Below are positions 12,515 to 23,756 of a DNA stretch of 64,000 bases, piece after piece. This DNA is from Stegostoma tigrinum. Taxonomy: Eukaryota. The translations under genes were made by a program, and so were the position numbers. The stretch is taken from positions 13,510,589 through 13,574,588 of the forward strand of contig NC_081362.1 of assembly GCF_030684315.1 (NCBI RefSeq), written 5' to 3'. The notes under the pieces were generated by a model. It saw only the letters and a list, made by a program, of their open reading frames with translations. It did no database searches and was not told the DNA's origin. Position 1 is the stretch's first letter; every line of letters starts with the position of its first letter.

Positions 12515-14556
12515 GACATAGAACATAACAGCACAGTACAGGCCCTTCGGCCCCCGATGTTGTGCCGACCTGTCATACTGATCTGAAGCCCATCTAACCT
12601 ACACTATTCCATCTATGTCCATATGCTTATCCAATGACGACTTAAATGTACCTAAAGTTGGTGAATCTACTACTATTGCAGGCAAAGCGTTCCACACCCA
12701 TACTACTCTGAGTAAAGAAACTACCTCTGACATCTGTCCTACATCTTTCACCCCTCAATTTAAAGCTATACCCCCTCGTGCTTGCCGTCACCATCCTAGG
12801 AAAAAGGCTCTCCCTAGCCACCCTATCTAATCCTCTGATTATTTTATGTGTTTCAATTAACTCAACTCTCAACCTTCTTCTCTCTAACAAAAACAGCCTC
12901 AAGTCCCTCAGCCTTTCCTCATAAGACCTTCCTTCCATACCAGGCAACATCCTAAGAAATCTCCTCTGCACACTTTCCAAAGCTTCCACATCCTTCCTAT
13001 AATGCGGTGACCAGAACCGTACACAATACTCCAAGTGAGGCCACACCAGAGTTCTGTACAGCTGCAGCATAACCTCATGGTTCTGGAACTCGATCCCTCT
13101 ATCAATAAAAGTTAAAAGTCAACCTCGGTGGCAACTTTCAAAGACCTGTGTACATGGACACCGAGATCTCTCTGCTCACCTATACTACCAAGAATCTTAC
13201 CATTAGCCCAGTACTTTGCATTCCGGTTACTCCGACCAAAGTGCATCACCTCACACTTGTCCGCATTAAACTCCATTTGCCACCTCTCAGCCCAGCTCTG
13301 CAGCTTATCTATGTCTCTGTAACCGACAGCATCCTTTGGCACTATCCATAACTCCACCGACCTTAGTGTCATCTGCACATTTACTAACCCATCCTTCTAC
13401 GCCCTCATCCAGGTCATTTATAAAAATGACAAACAGCAGTGGACCCAACACCAACCCTTGCGGTACACCACTAGTAACTGGTCTCCAGGATGAACATTTC
13501 CCATCAACTACCACCCTCTGTCTTCTTTCAGCAAGCCAATTTCCGATCCAAACTGCTATATCTCCCACAATCCCATTCCTCCGCATTTTGTACAACAAGC
13601 CTACTGTGGGGAACCTTATTGGACGCCTTGCTGAAATCCATATACACCACATCAACCAGTTTACTTCTTAAAGAACTGAATAAGGTTTGTGAGGCACAAC
13701 CTACCCTTCACAAAACCGTGCTGACTATCCGTAAGCAAATTATTCTTTTCTAGATGATTATAAATCCTATCTCTTACAATCCTCTCCAACACTTTACCAA
13801 CAACTGAAGTATGGCTCACTGGTCTATAATTACCAGGGTTGTCTCTACTCCCCTTCTTGAACAGGGGAACAACATTTGCTATCCTCCAGTCATTTGGCAC
13901 TATTCCTGTAGACAATGACGAGTTAAGGAACAATGCCAAAGGCTCGGCAATCTCCTCCCTGGCTTCCCAGAGGATCCTAGGATAAATCCCATCCGGCCCA
14001 GGGGACTTATCTATTTTCACACTCTGTAGGATTTCTAATACCTCTTCCTTGCGAACCTCAATCCCACCTAGTCTAGTAGCCTGTATCTCAGTATTCTCCT
14101 CAACAACATTGTTGCTTTCTAGAGAGAATACTGTCGAAAAATATTCATTTAGTGCATCCCCTATCTCCTCTGACTCCCCACACAACCTCCCACTACTATC
14201 CTTGACTGGCCCTATTCTTACTCTCATCATTCTTTTATTCCTTAAATACCTATAGAAAGCCTTAGGGTTTACCCTGATCCTATCCGCCAACAAATTCTCA
14301 TGTCTCCTCCTGGCTCTTCTGAGCTCTCTCTTTAGGTCTTTCCTGGCTACCTTGTAGCCATCAAGCGCCCTAACTGAGCCTTCACATCTCATCCTAACAT
14401 AAGCCTTCTTCTTCCTCTTGACCAGAGATTCCACTTCCTTCATAAACCACGGCTCCCACACTCTACAGCTTCCTCCCTGCCTGACACGTACATACTTATC
14501 TAGGACACACAGGAGGTTTTCCTTGCATAAGCTCCACATTTCTAATGTGCCCATAC
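12515..14556 (-). mobile_element. CR1-clade LINE, 5'-truncated (ORF2 tether-RT-3' end), frameshifted
   Basis: ORFs contain KSPGPDGIYPRIL, WRIANVVPLFKKG, NYRPVS, SQHGFVKGR, SGVPQG.VLGPLLF, ADDTK and PHLEYCVRFWSP. Confidence 0.95.
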
Positions 14557-14802
14557 CCCTCTCATCAAAACATCACTTGTTTTGATGAGAATTCGAGGTA
14601 AGAAAAAACATGAATAAACTTTTAGGTCTGAATACTTGCTTATTTTCAGAAAGTTGAATCCTAAAGAGCTTTCCTCTTTTAAAAGTAGTTTATTTCCAAC
14701 AGTATTGCTCCCAAAACATTGAAGTGTATACAATTTGTAGAAATAGCATTATATCATGTAATACACTACTCAGTCACTGAGATGCAGCTGTATGTAACAT
14801 GA

Positions 14803-15540
14803 AACAAAAACTAAATTTGCCAGAAAAGCTCAGCAGGTCTGGCAGCATCCGTGAAGAGAAATCAGAGTTCATGCTTCTGGTCTGGTGATCCTTCCTCAGA
14901 ACTGATGATGGCTCAGAAAATATCAGTTTATATGCAGAGGGTAGGGTGGGGAGAAGTGGGTAAGGAGTAAACGATAGATGGGGATAGAGCCCAAAGAGAA
15001 AGAAGAGCAGCTGGACAAAGGAATAGATAATAATCTGGCTAGGAATGTGAATAGCTGTTAATGGAGACTGTTAATGGCTAACAATAAGTAGTGTGTTATG
15101 GCAGACTATGTGATAACCAGACCTGGTGTATGGGGTAGGGGGCTAGGACATGGGAGAATTCAGGCTCTAAAATGATTGAACTCAATATTTTGAGTCCAGA
15201 GGGCTGCAGGATCCCCAAGTGGAAAATGAGGCGTTGTTCTTCCAGCTTGCACCAAGCTTCACTGGAACACTGCATTAATCACTCTCCGAACCAAATCGTT
15301 ATATACTCCTTTGTTTGTCCAACTGCTGTCCTCTCTCTTTGGGTTCTATCCCCATCTATCATTTACTCCTTAACCCCTCCCCTCATGCTCTCCTCTGCAT
15401 ATAAACTGATATTTTCCTAGCTACCATCAATTCTGGGGAAGGATTTCTCTTCACAGATGCTGCCAGTCCTGCCAAGCTTCTCAAGCAACTTCTGTTTTTG
15501 TTTTTGATTTACAGCATCCACAGTTCTTTTGGTTTTTATT
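14803..15540 (-). mobile_element. Penelope-like element 3' end with inverted pseudo-LTR (family B)
   Basis: Minus strand 15165-15253 encodes CKLEEQRLIFHLGILQPSGL./IEFNHF, like a Penelope GIY-YIG C-terminus; 14803-15040 is inverted at about 15290-15500. Confidence 0.85.
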
Positions 15541-16418
15541 GTGTGCAATGTGTGTCTCTTTTATGTTACAAGGTTAAATTACGGTACATCGCTACAGGCT
15601 AAAATGATTGGTAACATTCCCTATCTGAGTCAGAAATTCAGAAAGTTCAATCCCACATGAATTCTTGAGCATGTTATCTAGGCTGACACTTCAGAGCAGC
15701 AGAGAGAACAAGTTGCCCTGCATTAATCTGCACTTTACTATCATCTTTCACCATTTACCTTGCTTATAATTGTCCACAAAGTTTGAGCTGTGTTACCAAC
15801 AGAGACTTATACTCATTCACTACCAATTTTTTGCCCATGACATTGGATTTATGGTGCCTGTGAGCAAGGAAGCTTGCAGGGGGCTTTCAACCAAATTGAA
15901 CGAACATAAAAAATACAGACTGCTAAGCCAAAAATACAACCTGCCTTTAAATCATTGTACATGAAACAAACGAAACTTTGACACAGACATGAAATCAAGG
16001 GAAAGATGAAGACGGCTAAAACAAAAAACAACTATTAAAACAAATATTCCTAAAGATCAGCAACACTAATGTTTTGGATGGAATGAATTTCTGGACTTGA
16101 AAAATTAATCTGAGGGCAAGAGGATTCTGTAAAAGTAGTCATCAGTTGCCACACCACTTTAAAAAAAGTTAACTCCTCATAGAGCAAATCCAAACATTTT
16201 TATTAATCTTCTATGTTAAAACAGTATGAAATCATCACAAATTTACCAAAGTGGTCTCTACGTTAGTTGTATCAGCAAAGACCAAAGTCAGTTGACAAGA
16301 ATATCTCATTGGAAGCAACTTCCAGTTTTGTGAAATTATAATATTCCACAGCATCATTTGGTGGAAAGACGTGCCCTGGTATCCTGACTCCACATCTTTC
16401 CTTCAGTCAGTGCTACCA

Positions 16419-16495
16419 AAGGGCCTAGGCCCAAAACTTCAGCCTTCCTGCTCCTCTAATGCTGCTTGTTCATCCAGCTCGACATCTTGTTATTT
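16419..16495 (+). mobile_element. Penelope-derived fragment (family A)
   Basis: aagggcctaggcccaaaacttcagccttcctgctcctct..catccagctc..ttgttat. Confidence 0.7.
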
Positions 16496-18858
16496 CTACT
16501 AACTAGTTATTCATCCTATCTGCTATCTGTAGGGCATTAGTATGAAGAAAGCTTTTTTCCTTCATAATTTCTTTTTAAAAAGTAAGCCTTTACAGATGCC
16601 TTGAGGATGTGACATCATGTTATATTAAGGCAACATCTTTCCTACTTTCTTTCTTTCTTAAATGCCTCAGCAAGTCTTTCCAGAAAGAAAAGATTATTTT
16701 CTAACAGTGGTAGAACATAGTGCAACAAAGTATGATGAATACAACCCAACACTAGATGTATATGATGATGTGCATGCACAGAACTGTATATTTTAATTTC
16801 AGGTAAAATTATTCTTATACTTTTGTCAGTCTATCCATAGTAACAGCTATTAAAAAGAAACAGATAGAATACAAATTAACTTGTTTTCTTCAATTCTCAA
16901 ATATCCTTGCCAGTCTTGGTTGGGGACTAAGTGAGAAGGGAAAGAAATATGCTAATCTTATATGATGATTGGTATCATTGGATGTCTATTTCATCACAAG
17001 TATGCAACTGAATCTTTTTGGAATCTGAAAGCCTTTCAACATTTGCTTACTAGCCTAGTCTTTAGGTTGAAATATTTGCATTACAGTTGGTGAATTTTCA
17101 AAGTCCAAGTGAATTGGAATGGTTTCCTGTGGCAATAATTACTGTTCCATTTTTTCAACTGATTATTTTCAAGTTCAGCTGAAGGTCGTCACAAAATAAA
17201 GCTATAAACTGACTGCCACATTAGTCTCTGACTCTATAATTGCTCAAGTAATGCAATGTTTGGATAGCACGAATGGACAGTATCTTAATAACTTGCACAA
17301 GTTTACTCTGTGACTATAGTCAATAGCTCAAGGTACTACAATGGATCAAAAACTCCTCATAGTACTCATTAAAAAAACTTGTTATTCGTACTCTACTGTT
17401 AAGAAACATGGGCATTTTGTTTGTATCAATGTGCCAAGAAGAGACTACAACTCTGTCCAGTGAGATAAATCATCTTTTGTTTATGTGCAAGGATGCTTGC
17501 CTTGTGCGTTCTTTAAAACATTATAAATGCAAGGAATTCCAGTATATCTGATTATCTAAAATACCACTTTTGTTCGGCAATATTTCTATAATATGTGAAT
17601 GCATTTGAACAAAGAAATTAGATCATTGATAGCGACTTGCTGACTAAAATACACAAAGACTGGACATTATATAAATTTTGGGATAGACCCTTACAAGCAG
17701 TTAAACGAAACCTAATATTGCTGTAGCTTTAATTGAGATCACGATATGCAAACTTCATCTACTGTGAACACTATCGTTTGCTTTGAAAAGAAAGCAAACA
17801 TCCACGTTCACAAAAGACTTAAATTTACTCTACAAATTCCAAACATGCACAATATTTACAGATCAGTTTTACAGATGTAATCTATTTTAAAGTTCTCTGA
17901 CAGAGAAAAGCTCTTGGGTCAAGTTATTGCATCTAAATCTTCATTGTATACATGCTCTACTACAGTCTTAACAGCCTACTTGTGATTTACACACAATAAT
18001 ATAATTTTAATAAAAGCTGTCCCAAATCAAAAAGTGATTTAGCTGCAATTGTAAATGTTTAACATTGAACTCTTTTCCAGAATCACATAAAAATTTGTAT
18101 GTTAACTATGTGAAGGTAGAGGTTTACATTTAGATTAAAAATTTTTATAAAATCTCATAATTCCTCCCAAGTTTTCCAAAGTACTTTAATTATATTACAT
18201 TTAAATAAATTATATTGAAGTGTACTCAATGTTCCACTGTAGGCAAATACAGGAGGCATTCCATTCCCAAAAAGCAGTAATTTACTAGTTTCTGTAAGGT
18301 GATAGCCACTTCGTCAACTTGGTTGCCCTTTTTCAGCAAAGAATATTGTTCAGGATACATAGCCATGCAAGACCCAATGTTATTCTTCAATAATGTAAAA
18401 TGATTTTTAGCTTTAACATGAAAAGATAGGGGTGACCTAATTTTAATGTCTTAACAGCCACATGCAACAAAACTGAATAAGTACAATACTGAAATGTTAT
18501 CTGTGCTGTCATGATGGTATTAAATATAGACTACTGATTTTTGAATGCCTGTGGCTTTCATGGACTGAAATTAGTTTTTAGAAGGGAATCAAAAACACTA
18601 ACTTAAAATGGTCTCAGGCCTAACTCCACCATGTGGTCTTTTTTCAAGTTCAAGTAGACGACAGGCAGATAAACTGAAACTAACTTTTTTATCCAAGGAA
18701 GCTATTAAACACCCTCCCCAAGGAAACATGAAAAGACCGTCCTCTCTAAATTTTATTTTACACCTTGATAAGAATGTTTGCACGTCAGAGATAAAAGCAA
18801 TACTTGCAATCATCAAACTTGAAGACAATGAATTCAGACATTTAAATACACAAACAAG

Positions 18859-18920
18859 TGCTCCTAAGATGCTGCTTGGCCTGCTGTGTTCATCCAGCCT
18901 CATACTTTGTTATCTTGTAT
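18859..18920 (+). mobile_element. Penelope-derived fragment (family A)
   Basis: tgctcctaagatgctgcttggcctgctgtgttcatccagcctca..ttgttatcttg. Confidence 0.75.
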
Positions 18921-19709
18921 TTCATGCAGCTGCTTTTGGCAGAAAGAACGCAAGAGATGGATTTTTGACCACAAAACAAAATTAGCTGAAAAAGTTCTCT
19001 CTTTCAATAAGAAAACCAATAATAATAAAGGTTAAGAAGAAACATCAGAACACCAAGAATTCAAAGGATAACGAATATGTTCACTTCTACTAATGATCTA
19101 AAAGTAATGATTAAAATCTTACACCTCAGCACACAAAGGACTTTCTTTCATCTTCCTTTTATATTGGAAGCTATACCTTTTTAGCTTTATACCTCGTGTG
19201 TATATGCTTGAAGTCTTGTCTTCATTATTTTTCTCAGAGTAGCAGATAATAAAATATCTTTTTCTTTCACTCAAGAAAACCTTGTAATTGGCTCCTTGCT
19301 GCTGCAGTGAAAATTAGTTAACTACATTTTAATTGAAGTGAGATATAGTTTCATGCCAAAAAAACATATTTTGCCAACTATTTTAACTGTGTGTTTAATT
19401 TCCTCCTGTCATAACAATGTAATTACATACTAATGCTGCTGAGACATACCTTAAAATTTATTGAACTGAAATCTTTACTTCAATACAAGTTTACTTTTAC
19501 AGTTTTTTACTTGTTTAATCAAATGCTAGAGTTGGAACTGAAACTTGCATGTCTCAACTTAAACTTGAAAGGAGATACAGATTATCAGAACAGGAAAATT
19601 CCACATGAACAAGTGAACAAAAATAAGAGATTGGAGAGGTAAAGATTATATTAAAACTTACTTAAATTAGAGCCTGAATTGGAAGTTACCCTTAGTCCTT
19701 TTTTCCTGA

Positions 19710-20070
19710 AGATTGCAAACCCATTGCAAGATCCAACTGCACTTCTACCATCAATATCTGGTACAAGATGTCACTGTTCATGTGTGGGAGGGACCAATGA
19801 AATATCGGGTGGGAGACCAATCACATCCACATGTTACACTATCCTCAGTTGATGTCCACAGTGCACTTTCAAGAGCACTAGAATGTGGTCAACAGCAAGA
19901 AACCTTGTTAATTTCTCCAATTTTAGAACAAAACCATTCACAATGCCCTTGCTGTCAATTAAACTGAAATGGTGCAATTTAGCATTGACTAAGGATCAAC
20001 ATCAGACTACCCTCACCTCTATAGTTCACTAAATATACTGTACGTATGTCCAATGAAGCAGCAGAGGCTC
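19710..20070 (-). mobile_element. Old DeuSINE-like SINE
   Basis: Diverged reverse-complement similarity to the Deu-domain type sequence at 45010-45390. Confidence 0.45.
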
Positions 20071-21054
20071 TCTTTCAAAATTAACGTACTCATTGGCATT
20101 ATGCCTCATAAGAACAATTAATCCTTAACCAAGTATGAAGTGACCTAATCCCCCAGAATCAAACTGGCAAAAACAATTAATTGAATCATATTTAATACTG
20201 TTCCTTTTATTTCGTGGTTTTTCACACCAATACTAGAACAGCTTCAACACTGCCTGTTAACAGTGAAACTTCACATACTACCTTCTCCATTTGTCTGTAA
20301 TGCTAACTGCTGGGATCCCAAATGAACAAAAAACAACTGTGGCCCATTTCAAGAAAAAAAACATTTTTTGATTCCTGCAAGCAAGAAAGTAAAGTATGTA
20401 AATCCAAATATATTAAATTAATATACATACTTCTGCTCCTTCATTTATTTTTTACAACTGACTTAAGAAATTAGGATTGTAAAGATCCACTCTGCTACTG
20501 CTCTTTTGCTGTCCCATCAGAGTAACAAGATTGTGTTTTCTTAGATGGGCTGCTGCAGTGGTTATAAATATTGCTCTTAAAGAGGAAGAAGCATCATTTC
20601 TTGGATGAATTATAGTTCTGAAGACAGTGGCAGCAGCATTTATCCAGAAGTGCTATCAGTAGACAATGGTGCTGAGATAGGACTGCCAAAAAATTGGTTA
20701 AGTGGAATTCGACGAAATTAAAGCAGATCAATATAAAGATATTTGAGCTCCAAAGTTATAACTTGTTATAATGGGATGTTGGGCTTAAGATGTAATTAAA
20801 GTGGTATTTTCTGGCGTCACGTACTGTTCAAGGACATTATTTTTGGAGAATGTCGATGTGATGTGATATGAAACCACCAGGGGAAAAGCACTTTTTTTTA
20901 TTTTTAAGGTATAAACTGTTTTCTGCATGTCACAATATGATGGAGAAGTGAGTTTTCCTTGAAAGGGAGATAGGAGTGAAGACCAAATTATTGAAATTGT
21001 GCAAAAATGCTATATAAGTCAACTGTCAATGATGAACAAGTTTTTTTATGAATT

Positions 21055-21245
21055 GAAAACCCAAAAATGCTGTAAATACTCAGCAGGTCATGTAGCACCA
21101 GTTGAAAGAAAAACAGATTTAAAGCTTCAGGTCTCCACCTTTTCATCAAAGAGTTTTGGCAAAAGATCATTGATCTTAAATGTTAACTGCGTTATTCTCA
21201 CCACAGATGCTTTCTGAACCCAGTACGTGCAGCAACTTTTGATCT
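21055..21245. mobile_element. Old palindromic Penelope-derived insert
   Basis: aaatgctgtaaatactcagcaggtca ... caccacagatgc; a similar decayed fragment lies at about 21440-21555. Confidence 0.55.
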
Positions 21246-22254
21246 TCTTTCATATTATTTACATTACTTTGCCCCCAATCCTTCTTTCTGGGGTCCAAGC
21301 TCTGAGCGTTAGAAAATATTTTTAAAATGTTGATCTTGTGAGAAGTATCCAAGTAAAAAAAATTACCAACTTTTGTATTCTGTGTCATCTATTTGCAAAT
21401 TTTTAAGAAGTACTTTATCATGTAAAACCTGCCTAACAAAAAAGCAAAATACCACAGCGCCAAAGAAGAATAATTTGGTCTCAAAACATTAGCTGTTTTG
21501 CTTTTCCTAGATTTTACCCGACCTGCTGAATTTCTCCAACACTTTTTATTTGTTTACTGCACTTGAGAAAACATTGTGAAAACTGGAATGTCAAAGATTA
21601 CCTTAAAAATCTAACTAGGCACAAATTGCAACCATTATTTTTGTTGTAATTACAGTGAGAATGTACTTAGGCATACTACTACTTTGTGTGATATTTTAGT
21701 TACTGGATCATTATTTTGAAAACTAATCACCTTTCAAATGCAAAAATGACATCTGGAATTTTTCCACAAATTTATTCAGTAAATCATGTTGGTGGTTACA
21801 CTGGCATACCAGTGCATTTAATGTTAAGGCACATTTAGAATAAATAAGCACCAGGGATTGCGAATATGCGCTGCTTGAGCTATCACTAGCTAGCACCCTG
21901 AAAATAAATGGCACAACTACTGGATAATCATCATTTTCAGCATCACCTTCCCAGGACTGAAGCTGTATTCGAAAAAGATCCAGAACACTCACGGAAGGAA
22001 TTAAACACTTGCCATTCTCAATTGGATAAAACATTTTTCACTTTTCTAAGCTTCAAAAGATGGCTATCCCATACTGGTGAAAGCATTGGTAAAATCAAAG
22101 AAAACAGGTAGTGTGAAAATTAGCAATGTCGTTAAAGTTTGACTGAAGTATGACTCAATCTGTTTGATATATATTTTACAACACTCTCCACTATAATCAT
22201 TTAATAAACTACAGATTTCTAATAAATTTAGCATTCTAATTCAAACATCCTCTT

Positions 22255-22540
22255 ACTAGATGCACTGCAGTGACATACAATACTCCTTCAACATCTTCCA
22301 AACTACAACCATCAACAGTTAGAAGAACAACGGCTACAAGTGTACAGGAATATCACCACCTGTAAAGTCACCTCCAAGGGTCACAATTCTGGAACTCCTT
22401 CCCTAACAGTACAATGGGAGCACCTGCACAATAATGACCGCAATGATCCAAGGAGGTGGCTAGCCACCATCATTCCAAGGAAAATTTTGGATGAATAATA
22501 AATGCTGGCCTTGCCATTACTGTCCACACCTTCAGGAATG
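22255..22540 (+). mobile_element. Old LINE 3' end fragment (CR1/L2-like)
   Basis: ggaactccttccctaacag..aaggaggtggct..caccat..aataaatgctggccttgcc; related fragments at about 2400-2520, 10580-10660 (reverse) and 62440-62560. Confidence 0.55.
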
Positions 22541-23648
22541 TTAAGTATATATCAATGTCACTGGAATTTCTATTAATAATCAGTAGTTTCTTTAGTAAAG
22601 GATAAGGCTTTCCAAAGTGGGGATTGGGACCTCCAGTGGGAGCTGATACTTTTGGAGTCATAAGCTTCAAAGCCTGCCATAATGCTCTCACCAAGTTAAA
22701 ACAGGCCCTTCTAACCGGCACAGCCTTGTCAGTTCTCACTGCGGGATCCTGACAACTTTAAAGCCACGCAACGGAGTCACATGGAAAATGTTCCAAGGCA
22801 CTTCACAGGAGTGTAACCAGACAAAACGTAGCAACAATCTAAAGAGAGAAATATTAGGACACAAGACTAAACACTTAATCAAAGACGTAGATGTTAAGGA
22901 ACTGAAAAGGCAGAGAGATTTAGGGAGGTTATTTCAGAGTTTAGTGCTCAAATAACTGAAGGCAGGACATATACAGTTTATAAAAAAGGTGTAACAGTGT
23001 GCAAAAGAAGCTCAGAGCTGAAGGATTGCAGGATTCTGAGTTATGGAATTTAGGAAATTCTCAATCGCACAGATGGAAGACGGACGAGTCAGGTCTCAAT
23101 AATTTCGACGCCACATGGATGCAAAAGTTTCATAGCACTTCTTGAAGTAGGACGGAAGAGTTCTCAACAGAAAATTTGAAAAGTCAGACTGTGATTTTTA
23201 AAGGCACCAGCATCACGAGACCGCCCCGTTTATTTGATTACAAGCACGACTATACATTTAAAAGTACTGCCCTGAATTTTAAAAACCATTGGAGCATTCG
23301 AGATGTCACAATGTTGGTACAATTTTCACTGTCCCTCTTAGTCAAAGATGGAACCTGCATCTGGTTGTGTCTCGTTTTGAAGAACGAGCCAGAGCTCTTC
23401 AAGTACAGATGAGTTTCTGATCCATGCCAAACTAAACGGTGCAACTGCGAATGGCTGGAAAACCCCGACGGGCGACTACTTAACACGAGCGCAGGTTAGC
23501 CTCCAACTCGAGTCCGAGGCTTCACGCAAGGCCTGCGGGCAGGAGGCCGCTGCCAGGAAGGGGAAACGGGCTTTCCGTTCTTCCGAGACAACCCCGTAAC
23601 CGTGCGGGGTCCGAAAGGGTTGGGCGAAAAAGAAGACTCAGAGCTCAC

Positions 23649-23713
23649 CTGCCGTGCAGTTGCCGCTGCAGTTCGCCTAATCTCGCCAGGAAGGCCGGAT
23701 CGCTGGCCGCCAT
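23649..23713 (-). CDS. KIZ: Kizuna centrosomal protein, coding exon 1 (MAASDPAFLARLGELQRQLHG + AG, phase 2)
   Basis: ATG at 23713-23711 inside a CpG island, AG|GTGAG donor at 23648. Peptide resembles the recalled human KIZ N-terminus (PDYYERLGQLQHGLRDS). Splices in frame to the next two exons. Confidence 0.88.
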
Positions 23714-23742
23714 GTCCGACACGGCCGGCGCCGGTTTGCTGC

Positions 23743-23756
23743 GTTGCCATAGCAAC
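23743..23756. promoter_or_regulatory. RFX X-box GTTGCCATAGCAAC
   Basis: Near-perfect palindromic match to the RFX consensus, 30 nt upstream of the KIZ ATG. Confidence 0.8.

Noticed and set aside
12642-14554. Longest ORFs in the track as host genes
   Set aside because: They are frameshifted CR1 ORF2 fragments.
18598-18985. 125-aa and 101-aa ORFs
   Set aside because: No recognisable domain; the shared LLGLLCSS motif comes from an embedded Penelope fragment.
19193-19269. Segment reading AG|T GAA AGA AAA AGA (SERKR...) as KIZ exon 2
   Set aside because: Wrong exit phase and no similarity after five residues; 10126-10188 fits length, phase and sequence far better.
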